Below are positions 1 through 11,127 of a stretch of DNA of 40,766 nt, piece by piece. The first letter of the stretch is position 1, and each line of letters opens with the position of its first letter. The stretch is from Toensbergia leucococca (Eukaryota): positions 1-40,766 of the forward strand of contig JALDZS010000204.1 of assembly GCA_022813965.1 (NCBI GenBank), in the 5' to 3' direction. Made by a program: the position numbers and the translations under genes. Below the pieces are notes generated by a model. That model had not been told where the DNA came from, ran no database searches, and saw only the letters and a list, made by a program, of their open reading frames with translations.

Positions 1-443
1 ATGCTGTCTTTAAGTAATATATGTGACAAACATAAAGTACTAGTGTTTGTGTCATTCTGCTAGTTTTAGTGTTGTTCTAATACTAGTAGGTTTGTAAAAG
101 AAGCTAGCAGAAACTGTAATATTTATAATCTTATTTAAATAAAATATTTTAAAGAAAATTATTATAGTTTTATATTAATATTTTATTTTTATTTATATAT
201 TATTTGTTTTATTTATTAATAAATAATTTACAGTAAATAACTACTTATATATGTAGATTATTTATTTAACTTATAAAAATTAGTTAAGTTAATACTTTAT
301 TTAAGGAAAAATTTTACTAATAAGTTATTTTAAGCAGATAAAGTATTTATTAATTATTAATAAAGACTTTAATAATTAAAATATATACTATAATTGATTT
401 AATTATGAGTGATTTGAATATTTCTTATGGGGGCTCAATTGTA
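1..443. mobile_element. End of a RIP-degraded AT-rich transposon relic, truncated by the window start
   Basis: Very AT-rich, TpA-rich sequence with no ORFs, changing to normal GC content near 450-490. It ends in ...GGGGGCTCAATTG|TA, which could be a Tc1/mariner-type terminus. The family cannot be assigned. Confidence 0.55.
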
Positions 444-824
444 ATATTTTAAGTGATGTGAAGGTGTTAAAAGTCATTAGTATCATATGGCTCGCCAAGC
501 CTCAGCAGATATTCTAAATGTAGCTAGCCTTGCTAGCCTCCACAACATAAAAGCCTCTAGCGAGTCCTCCGATTGCACGTAGCAATCCATCACTTCTCTA
601 TCCGTACCTCGGAAAGTATCATCCACCAGACTCTCTTGTTTTGTCTAGACAGACTGCGCTCGAACGAGAATATCGACCACTGGAGCCATTTCCTTGGGTG
701 TAGAGTGTCCGACAGCATCATAGTCACGTTGAGCTTCTTATCACGCGCTACACTGTTCGTGACCGATATGGGAGCCTGACTTCTGCTCCGTTGCCTCCAT
801 GGTGCAACAAAGGACCTATATATG

Positions 825-859
825 AAGCCTTAAGCCTCAAGCCTCAAGCCTCAAGCCTC
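825..859 (+). repeat. (AAGCCTC)x5 tandem repeat just downstream of a TATA-like CTATATAT (817-823), upstream of the first MFS gene
   Basis: Read directly: aagcctt aagcctc aagcctc aagcctc aagcctc. Confidence 0.8.
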
Positions 860-938
860 GCTCCAAGCCAGCTCTTCCCCCTCGCCACTAGCTAAGTACG
901 ATCCGTCCCTGAAGCCCACATAGTATCACATTTCAAAG

Positions 939-2668
939 ATGCCACTCAGTCGACAGCTGTTCTTGCTAAGCGCCATTATTGTGCTTGGCAACCTCGCGTT
1001 GGCTATCACCAGAAACTCGAGGGTCTTTCTCTTCGAACAGGCGCAGTGTCATCGTTATTACTTGTCACATAAGTCGAGCCAAACCAATCATCACAATAAT
1101 GTCGACGAAAGCTTTTGCAAAATACACGCCATTCAGTACCCTCTATCAATCATCGTGGGTGTTGACCAATGTCTGACGACGCTACCAGGTGAGCCTGCTG
1201 CATCCTAGCCATCACTTTCTTCGGAACTTGGACTAAACGCAACGTTACTGTTTTGCTGATATGGAATTTGCCGGATTTTAGGTCTTCTCGTTCTGGCTTC
1301 ATTCCAACAACTGTTGCCAGAGTTCGGCCTTCGCTACCTTGTCATTCTGAACTTGCTCTGTTCAGCCGCTGGCGTACTATTCTCTATCATGATATGTGCG
1401 TCGGAGCTCCTGATGTCCTTTCCGTTTCTGGAAGTATTCTAATGAAGACGTTGTAGTCTGGACTTGGCAGCCCTGGTCCAGTTATGTCGCCCTTTTATCT
1501 TCCTGTTTCGACTTGATCGGTGGTGGGACAATAACACGGATAACCATCATCATTACGTGCATGGCAAATCTGGCTTCCTCAGAAGACCTGTACGTTCAAC
1601 CTGATGGCTCCTTATGGTGGCATCGTCACGTTCAATCTGCTCACAGCCTCAGGACAAAAATCTACAACTACACAAGCGGTATGTATCTCTTGGCAGACGT
1701 CGCTGGAGCAGCCATCAACTCTCTACTTTTGAGCGACCACGTCTATCTCCTGAACGCAATTTCGGTTTCTTGCTTCGCTGTCACTGCATGGATTGCCATG
1801 CTGATTCCAGAGGAATGTGCTCGAGAATCCATTACTACAGAGGAAGCTATACCGATCGTCGACTCTGTCGATGGCTTCGAGTCCTCGCCTACAACATCGA
1901 TTTCACTAGACCGACCTGTTTTCGCCCAGCAAGCCAAGCGCCGGGTAACTCTACTCATTCCAGGTCCACTCTCCGACTCCTGCTAACAGCCATTAGCCAC
2001 ACATCATCAGCACTCTCCTCAATTCCTGGCGCGCCTCATACCACACACTCTCGACCCTGTTTCGCGCCCCGAACCCCACATTCACCGTTCTGCTTCTCTT
2101 CGCCGTCAATGGTTTTGCAAATAATATCCAAGTCCTCTTATTTCAATACACTTCCCTAGTCTTGTCATGGCCGCTTGCAACCGTCAACTCGGCCTTGGCC
2201 CTTAAGGCTCTAGTATCCGCTATTATGCTGCTCGCGCTGCCGACCTTCCGCAAATTAATATTGGAGCCAAGATTGAGCACTACCAGCATTGATCTACTGA
2301 TCACCCAAATCTCTCTCCTGCTCAATGCACTCGGTATGATCGGTCTCGGTTTCTCGGTCTCAGCGATCCTGTTCATTATTTCCCTATGCGTTTATACTAG
2401 TGGTGTTGGGCTGGGGGATTCTTTGACGGCTTATGGCACATTGACTCTACCACAGCATGAGACTGTCGCGGACTTTTATGTCAAGACGGGCTTGATTCAA
2501 ACAATCACCGGACTAACGGCCGCACCGCTATGGTCGTTACTATTTGGACTAGTAATCGATGCTCGAGTCTTGCCGCTGGGAATTCCCTTCTGGCTTTGTG
2601 CAACGCTATATGGATGTGGAGTTGTTGGGGCCGGGGCGTTGAGAAGGTGGCACGTGAATACAAGATGA
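939..2668 (+). CDS. MFS transporter (efflux type), 5 exons
   Basis: Exons 939-1188, 1282-1395, 1457-1589, 1653-1944, 1997-2668 joined by GT..AG introns give one continuous, multi-TM hydrophobic protein (FCKIHAIQYPL, FDLIGGG, QYTSLVLSWPLATVN, GLPF-like GIPFWLC). Confidence 0.85.
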
Positions 2669-2968
2669 AAGTGCAATCTCAATTGAGGTTCAAACGACCA
2701 AATACAGCGGGGCATAGCTGAGATGGCTTAATAAAGAAAGGAGACATAGATCTAGCACGTTCTTAGGCAGAGTGGGGAAGATTTTGGACGATTGACTCTG
2801 ATTCCACATCCTCTAGGTTCCTCGCAATGTCCCGTTGATTTAGATTGGGTACATGAAGTCCGGCAAGTCTTGACTCGATCCAACAAAATGCATTATTTAT
2901 CATGGCTCGTTCCGACAGGATCAATGCAGGGCGGATCTAGGTAGCTTGCTCCAAACGCGACCCTCGCT

Positions 2969-4775
2969 CTATTCTAAAACAGCCTGGACAGCTTCAATCC
3001 CTAATATGATGAGAGTCTCCGAGCGGCAACGATCGAACCAGTCTGCTTCGGTCCAATTAATATTTTGGTTGCAGCGAAACTCATTGCAGTGTGCACCCAG
3101 ATCCGGTCTGGGGACTCGTGTGGCCACTATCTCGGAGCGTCCAAGCAAAGTGCCGTCCCAACCCACTCCTTCCACATAAGCATGGCTGGCGAAGAAATTT
3201 GCCACGGCTCGAGTCTCGAAGCCGACTTTATCAACAGCCGCGACCAGCTTAAAAGGACCTGATGCAGATAGGCCACCGAAGAATCTCCATGACCCCACTT
3301 CGGTCGCGCCGTTCCAGCTTGCGTACATGGTCGTTTGCCAGGTGCAAGTCCAAGAGTAGCTGAATACGTCTGGTTTGGTCATGGGAAGTCCTACCCAAGA
3401 CCCTATGTATGCACGGTAACTGAATGTCGGAGTCGCAGCGTCTGCTAGCTCGGCGTGAAACAAAAGTTCGTTGTTCTGCGTGTATTGCGAAATGCTACGC
3501 TGTCCCCCCCACCCGATAAAGCGATCTCCATTGGGCAGGAATTGCACGCTCCCGAACAAAACACCGAACATTCCCTCGGGCTGCACATATCGCTCCACAA
3601 CCTGTCCCGTCTTTGCTTCGAGGTCCAATAGCACCACTATGCCTGCGGAAGACCCAGCGGGTGGTCTCGGAGCAGCGGAGCCTGTCACCGCGTTGTCAAA
3701 TATTGATAAGGCCAAATGAGTTGTGTCGGTGACTTGGACCCGAAGCGCTGGCGGCAGCTTGATGCTGTCGAGGGGTTGAATACGGATGTGGTGCATGCGC
3801 ATCAGTTCATATCCATCAAGCATGGTAAAATCGCTCTTCTTGCCTCCCAAACGCCAGATGATCGAGCCATCTGTTCCATTGATCTTATAGATAGTGCAGG
3901 CATGATATGCATTGATGATGTAATCACCCCCGGAGTCTTTCACGGCGGAATTTAAATGACTGACATGGCCTTTAGCTTCGTTGCCAAAGACGACGAATTG
4001 CTCTTACAAATAGTCGACGTCTGGATAGGTATGACAGCTCTCATCGAGAGGCACCTGATCCAGAGACCGCCACTCAAATTCTACGTCTCCTGTAGCAATA
4101 TCAACAAGCTGCAACACCGACTCTGCAATAAAGCCATCCTTCCCATATGGCCAGTCTGAAGGGCACCAGATTCGGCCCAGCTGAATGACCTTTGTCCCGT
4201 TGTCAATCAAGTCGAATTCATGCGGGTCAAGCTCCGTGAGATAAGGCGACTTCTGCAATTCTGCCACAATTTCGTAACGACTGTTCATGATGATATTCGT
4301 ATTTTCGTTGTTTAAGCCGTCTGCGCTTACCGAAATCTCGGTGTAGGCGAGATGCTGCGAGCCTTGATAAGAGACTGTGTGGAGATTATGGGCGTGGTAT
4401 TTCCAATCTGTCTTCCATGGCTTGCCGCCGACCCAGATTGGGTTCTGGAAGGCTGTCAGAGCGCCTGATGGTGGGGGCATGGGAGTTGTGAACTGACTCC
4501 TTGTAGATCATAGATTAGAGGCGCGTCGTGTCCTGTGAGATAATCTGTGAGGAATATTTTGTCTGCGTCGGTTGGCTCTAGGCGGTTTACATGCACAGTT
4601 AATCGGGGCGCGTTCAGATCAGGTCTCTGTTATGGGAGGTTGTTGCTTAGCGGTATGAATGGATTAGTTGGTCGTGATGGGAACTACGTACTGTTAACAG
4701 AGCCGAAGCGTGTGCAGCACGGTGGCGGATTAGGCTAAGATGAAGCCAGACTGTTATCCAGAACGGTGGATACAT
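2969..4775 (-). CDS. Arylsulfotransferase (ASST, PAPS-independent) family protein with putative signal peptide, 4 exons, about 546 aa
   Basis: Exons 4775-4692, 4626-4498, 4444-4008, 3959-2969. Motifs: RPDLNAPRL, PLIYDLQGNPIW, DPHEF, FEWRSLDQV, DYFHLNS, IIWRLGGKKSDF, GSVQFLPNG, SYRAY, YASWNGATEVGSW, GFET. N-terminus MYPPFWITVWLHLSL.. is signal-like. Confidence 0.88.
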
Positions 4776-5084
4776 CTCGTTCCCGCGGCTGTGAAGTTTG
4801 GCGTTATGAAAGTCGAGGGTGCGAGAAAGACTGATACACGGTTCATTGATTCTGTAGAATGGGTAACAAAGTCGATGTCTGACAGCGATTCATTCCAGCT
4901 TTATACTTCTCCGGCAGGGAAACTATCTCTGCAGGAGGATAGCTCACTACGGGAAAGGAAAGTCTCGGTCATTTCATGAAAGCAGAGAGATCGGGTTTGA
5001 CCGGTCGAGGGCACGGCACTGAATGAGTCTAGATCTATCATGTGTATTGGAGTATATACTTTATTGACATTATTATCCATGCGC

Positions 5085-5127
5085 TTTTCTCTTTTCTCTT
5101 TTCTCTTTTCTCTTCTCTCTTTTCTTT
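5085..5127 (+). promoter_or_regulatory. Pyrimidine-rich CT box in the ASST/sulfotransferase divergent promoter
   Basis: (CTTTTCT)n tract about 60-100 bp upstream of ATG 5188. A TATAAA lies on the minus strand near 4900, upstream of the ASST ATG. Confidence 0.5.
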
Positions 5128-5187
5128 GAGAGATCCTGCCAACACCCTACATTCTTCCGAGTACGAGTACAGACAGTAAGCTTTACG

Positions 5188-6208
5188 ATGCCTCGAAAAC
5201 AATTCGCAGATCTCCAGGTTCCCATGATCGATGAAGATCCGCATCTACGACACCGAATCGTCCCCATGAGAGTGCTTGTGCTAGGCTATCCTCGCACCGG
5301 AACTTCTTGTGCTCTACCCTTCCACCATACTCTTGTACCCTCCACCGTACCTTCCAGCTGACCTCGCCATAGCTATGCAAAAAGCTCTGGACCAGCTAGG
5401 CTTTGGAAAATGCTATCACATGCGCACGGCCATGAATGAGTATCCACGCGACTGCGCCATGTGGCTCGAGGCCTTTGAAGCAAAATATGATGGGAAGGGC
5501 TCGTTTGGGAAGAAGCAGTGGGACCAGCTACTGGGTCATTACAGCGTGAGTTGTTGGACATGACTTTAGCCAGGATAAAATTGCATCTCAGATCCGGCGC
5601 GCCATTGCTCGTGGGCTAATTGAATGCCTGCTGAACAGTCTGTCTGTGACTTACCAGCGATAGCGTTCGGCCGCGAGCTCATGGCTGCCTATCCCGACGC
5701 CAAAATCATCCTTACCAACCGTGACCCCGAGGACTGGCACCGGTCATGCGGAAACACCCTCCTCCAAGCACGGAACTACTGGCTCCACGCTGTGCTGCAG
5801 CGTTTCGACTGGGTCACCGCTCTCGTGCATCCGCTGAGATGCAAATATTGGCAATGCTTATTCGCAGACGACTTTGAAGCCAATGGGAAAGCGGCCATGC
5901 TGGCGCACTATGAGGAGGTGCGCGCGACGGCGAACCGGTCGGGAAGGGAGGTGTTGGAGTTTGGGCTCGCGGATGGGTGGGGTCCGCTTTGTGCATTTCT
6001 GGGTGTGAATGTTCCAAGTCATCCTTACCCGAGGGAAAATGAGGGGGCAGACTGGATTGTGAAGATGCGGGAGAGGGCGAGGTTGAGGGGTAGAGCGGTG
6101 GCAGGGAGGTTTCTGCGGGTGGCTTCAATGGGTACGGTAGTTGGGTTGGGCGTTTATTGGGTGCAAGCGATGAGTAGGGGGTTTTTTCCATTTTTGTACG
6201 TCGGGTGA
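5188..6208 (+). CDS. PAPS-dependent sulfotransferase-family P-loop protein (Sulfotransfer_4 type), 3 exons, about 287 aa, C-terminal hydrophobic segment
   Basis: Exons 5188-5308, 5373-5545, 5639-6208. 5'-PSB-like MRVLVLGYPRTGTSSMQKAL, CYHM, VCDLPA, 3'-PB-like AKIILTNRDPEDWHRS, and DGWGPLCAFLG..P.HPYPREN. Confidence 0.85.
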
Positions 6209-7375
6209 AGTGGCATTAGTTAATGGTGGGACGTGTGTATGGGGAAGGAGAAAGAGAAGAAGGGCGATTTCTATCGTCTGCAATTACTACAGATGTGATG
6301 TATTGGAGATTTCACTCTCTCTACTGTCCCTACTACTATCCTGCAACGCAGTTCACCACGCTTGGGCTCAGTGGCGTCTTTCTTACAGACATGTCCGCTT
6401 GGTTGGAGTCCTGTCTGTCTTCTTGCTTTCGGTTACGTATGGCACTTATCTTGAGACGCGCACACTCTACAGGTCACCCAGCCCATGCATCACACACACT
6501 CTGGTGAAATTTGTTTTTTTTTTCCCCTTTTTGGATTTGAATGGCGCAAAATATGAATGGATGGTGGATGCGGTCAATGTAGAAGTCTACTCTAGATCTT
6601 GCATTGCATTGCATTGCAGAAGTCAAGTTGAGTCGAGTCAAGTCAAGTCGCAGCATCTCGGCCCCGCCCCCCCCAGCCAGGGTTCGGCATGTCCGTGGCT
6701 GTGGCTTTGGCTTTTTTTTTTTTTGGATACGTGGCAGCATGGGATGGGATTCGGAGGGTTTTGTCAAAAGTCTATATTTTGTCTTTTGGGAGTTTTTTTC
6801 GGTGCAGATTTTCTTCTTGGGTCGATTTAATAGGTAGGTTAGGCAAGGTTAGATAAGGTAGCTCTAGTGTATTGTAGAGTGGATAGGTAGGAGCTAAGGT
6901 ATGTCGGTAGGTACCTTTAGATAGGTAAGGTAAATAAGGTAGGTCTTAGGTAGGTAGGTGCCTTAGTTTCTATACGAGGGTGCTAAGGTGCCTACCTAGT
7001 TGTGATATCAATATTTAATACACTTGGTGGTATTATATGGAATCAGTTCCGATTCTCGGCCGCTGTCTGCTACACTAGTGGAGAGAGAGAGAAATTGCTG
7101 ATCACCGATCTTGGCCGGGCGGGTCGGCGGGAATGCGGCTAGCTGTTCTATGCAGGTGAGAGAGATCTTGTTTTAGTGCTATCTATGTTCCCCCCCTTTC
7201 CTGAGATTCTGGGGCGTCTGCATGGCTTGGTTGCTGCATGGGTCAGGCCCCCAAGCGTCCAAGGGGCGGGGGAATTTGTGGAGTGTGCTTGGCCTGCCTT
7301 GATAGGCACAATGAGACTGTCCTTGTGCGTCTGCCAACGAATCTCCAGACAGACTCGGTCCCTTCTACTACGGAA

Positions 7376-8544
7376 ATGAGTGCTGCAAAACTTATACCCG
7401 GTGAGAACGGTGAAGACGTCGAGCCTTCATTAGCACAGCTAGAAATTATCAGCCTCAAGGCTCTGCGCAGTGGCAGTACTGCTGAGTCTGCGAAGCTATT
7501 CGATGTCTGCTGCAGAGATGGAATCTTCTATCTTGATATGTTGGGATCAGAGCCTAATGTCCTTCAGACCGTGGAAGATATATATGAACTTGAAAAGAAC
7601 ATTTTTGACTTGCCAGAAGAGGAATTGATGCTCTATGACATCGACAAGCTGTCGCCAGGGAAGTTGAATGGGTTCGCTACCTTGATAAGCCTCCTCCAAG
7701 ATTGATCAAGACTGAGTAAAGACGCTAGGTACAAGCCTATCGGCCGAAATCATGGTGAGCTCGCGGGTAACAAAGACGGGTTTCAGTCTTACGCGGTATG
7801 TCATCCCTTCAATCCTTCTTCCCCACAGCCTCAAAGCTGGTATGTTGACAGACTCCTCTTCCACAGCTACCCAAAGATGGCATCATGAAGCTCGGATGCG
7901 AAGCCAACTTCAAGAGACCCCAAGTCGTCGACACATATATGCCTTCCCTCCACCGATTCGCCCGCGCCATCGCCGCTGCTGCCTCAGTAATCTTGTACGC
8001 CCTCTCGTCTAACCTCATGCTCCAATCAAACCAGAACTTGAACAATGTCCACCGGACCCACCTCCCTTCTCCAGACCTAGTACGCCTGCTCAAATACCAC
8101 GCCCAGCCCCCCTCTGAACGCGGCGCTTCGCACATTCCGCACACTGACTTGGGATCCATGACTTTCTTGTTCACCAAGCAACACGGCCTACAAATTATCG
8201 GCTCGGAGAGCCAGGAATGGGAATATGTCCAGCCAAGAGTTGCATGTGCTACTGTTAATATTGGAGACTGTCTTAGCCTTCTCACGAATAAGCTGCTTCG
8301 CTCGTGCCGACATCGGGTTTGTGCCTTGCCAGGACAGCCGATGAACGAGCGATACAGCTTTGCGTATTTTTTGAGGGCCGAGGATGAGACACTGATGAAA
8401 GCGGTAAAGAGCCCGCTGATTCCTAAGGGTGGAAGAGATGAAGAAGATGGTTTCACTTGCGGTGAATGGATGAAGATGAAATACGCTATGCTGAGAAAGG
8501 ATACTTGGAATCAGAGTGATAATTGGATTCTAACCGGAGCTTAG
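7376..8544 (+). CDS. 2OG-Fe(II) dioxygenase (IPNS/DIOX_N type), 3 exons, about 346 aa
   Basis: Exons 7376-7671, 7729-7795, 7867-8544. GIFYLD, LVRLLKYH, facial triad HTD (PHTDLGSMTFLF) plus RHRV, VNIGDCL, and 2OG-binding RYS. Confidence 0.92.
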
Positions 8545-8932
8545 ACGGCTTCTTGGTTGTATATAGCCTCCGCGTGGTATACTAATTGCAAATATCCGTG
8601 AGCCTCTATGGCAAATTTTAGCCAATTGATGCTTCGTAGGGTGCCATTGATGTAGATTTCCAGCGAAGCCATATAACATGACATTCAGGCCGGACACGTT
8701 TTGGGTAATGCGGTAGCTGCATTAGTAGGCTTGTAATAAAAAGGTCTCCCACAGACCCTTTACTCATCCACGCTGAAGTCGGACGCATTTGGGGCTAGAC
8801 ATCAGCAATCATTCAATATTCGGCCTTACCCCAATTCCCCCCTCACGTAGCCTTCCACACTTCACAGTGCCGTATTCGCAGCCAAAGTTCCTTCCCAAAG
8901 TTCCTTCCCAAAGCTCCTTCCTGCAAATCAAA

Positions 8933-11127
8933 ATGACAAACGAAGATGTAGATGACGAGACCAGGCCTCTCCTCTCAGCGCCTCCAACGACAGTCGCCAA
9001 GGAAGAAACAAGTCAAGTACCTTATCCTTTGCTCAAATTCATCACTGCAATCATAGGTACCGTGTCTCATCCAATGACTGCTGACAAAGGCTTCTTCTTA
9101 TGTACTGACCATACTCAGGTGTATTCCTCGTCAATGCGGATACTTCCCTCGTAGTAGCGACGTATCCAACCATTGCGTCCGAGTTCAGGAATCTTCCTGA
9201 AGGCCCTTGGATGCTAACAGGATACACGCTTGGGTTCAGCGTTGCTTTGCCCGCTGTAGGTATATCCGTCCTTTGAGCTCTGGCTTACTGTAGTGTTTAC
9301 CACTCAAATTTTTCGATTGTCAGCTGTATATCATTGTCATGCACTGAAATATGCTAACAAGTACATCTACTAGTATGGAGCTACGAGCGACGCCCTCGGA
9401 CGCAAACTACCCCTTCTCGTCGCGTATTGTCTGTTCAGTCTAGGCTGTGTCTTGTCGTAAGCTGCTCTGGGAAGCTCATTCCCATGCTTCCTTCTTCCCT
9501 CGTATCCATGGCGCCTGATTAGGAACAGGGGCACTGCAGCTTCGCTGCAGCAAATCATCGTTGGTAGGTTCATCTCTGGCCTCGGCGCAGCGGGGGTTAC
9601 GACGCTGGTTGCTGTCGTCATCACCGGTATGTCATCCAAGGTTATGGATTGATTAGTAGCGATTCTAACACACGCTGGGTAGATATTGCGCCACTCTCCA
9701 AGGTGGCTGTGTTAAGAAGCTATGTCAACATTGCAGCTGTGATTGGGAGAGCTACTGGAGGTCCCATTGGCGGGCTGCTGATTGATAGGATTGGCTGGCG
9801 ATGGTACTTCGCATCCTACTTGGAGTTCAGTTAAGGATTTCTCGCTGATTGTAACACAGGCCCTTCTTCGCGGAACTGTCTGTTGTACTTGTGTGCTTCG
9901 TACTCGCTGTTTCGCAGTCCTTACCAAAGCCGGAATTCCTGGAAGGTGGCCGGAAGAAGCGCGAGTTGGATTTGCTCGGCTTGTTGATGCTTGCGGTCAT
10001 GTTGTCCTCTTTACTCTTACTAGTGGACTTGGGAGGCCGAGGGACAGCCATGGGTAGCCCTACTATGATTAGCCTTTTGGTGCTTTTTGCCTTCTCTGCA
10101 GTCTGCCTTGGGCTTGTTGAAGTGTTCTGGGCTAAGCAGCCGATGCTTTCTCCGTCACTTCTCAGGAAAGCGGGGTTGGCATCATGCTACCTTCTCCAAG
10201 CATTACTACTGTGCGCACAATTCAGCGTGAGTGCTTCCTCCTCCTCGTGGCTAGTCGTTAATGCGCTCGTAGATTGTTTCCAACATTGCAACATATTTCG
10301 CGCGGACCGAGAATGCGTCGAATTTGGAAGCCGCACTCCATATCATGCCTACAGCTTTTGGTAACGCCATTGGCGCCCTCGGAGGTGGGAAATGGATCAG
10401 CAGGTTCGCAGCAAAGCCGTCTCCTCGATATAATCTGAAACTTGACACAGGACAAAACGATACAAGAAGATATCAGTTGCTGCGGTGTTCATATGCATCA
10501 TGAGCTTCATCGCCATCATGCTGAGATGGCGCGGTCGAATCAATGTATGGGAGTCGCTATACATATTTCCGGCCAGCCTAGGAGTGGGTATGCTCAACTC
10601 TTCGCAATTCATTGGCCTGGCGGCGTCTATTGAGAAACCGCAGTTGGCCACAGCGGTTAGTCTATTCTACCTCAGCCAGCAAATTGGCTTGATGATTGGG
10701 GCAAGCGGGTCGGCAGCTTTACTTCGAAAAACCTTTCGAGATGCCTTGGTGGAGAATCTGGGTGATTTGGCGGATGGGAACCAGGTAAGCCTCCCAAGAG
10801 TCCATCCATGTTCATGAAGGCAACATCTGCTCCGAACAAAAGAAAACTGCAGCGTGTGCTTCCAAATGATAGACGCTCACCTCTCTTCCTCTGGGCACAA
10901 TCAGCTCATCAAAGGCATCCTCAACGACACAAAATTTGCTCTTCGGCTCCCTCAAGGTTTGCAGGTAATTGCGTTATCAAGCTATGTCCACGGCTTCCTT
11001 TTCGTATCAAGTAAGGATCTCGCGCTCCGTTCATGATATATCTAACAGTAGTCCAGTCTTGTCGGTCAGCAGCTCGAGCTTAGGTCTGCCTCTATTTGTC
11101 TTTCTTCCGGAACAGACCATAGAGTGA
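8933..11127 (+). CDS. MFS transporter (14-TM DHA2/Vba-like), multi-exon
   Basis: The spliced frame is intact across about 10 exons: DETRPLL, GVFLVNADTSLVVATYPTIASEF, YGATSDALGRK, GRFISGLGAAG, RSYVNIAAVIGRATGGPIGGLLIDRIGWRW. Stop TGA at 11125-11127. Confidence 0.88.

Noticed and set aside
6210..6830. 206-aa ORF and overlapping ORFs downstream of the sulfotransferase
   Set aside because: They run through poly-T tracts and microsatellites ((TTGCA)n, (AGTCA)n), have no recognisable domain, and start at a non-ATG codon. Likely 3' UTR or intergenic sequence.
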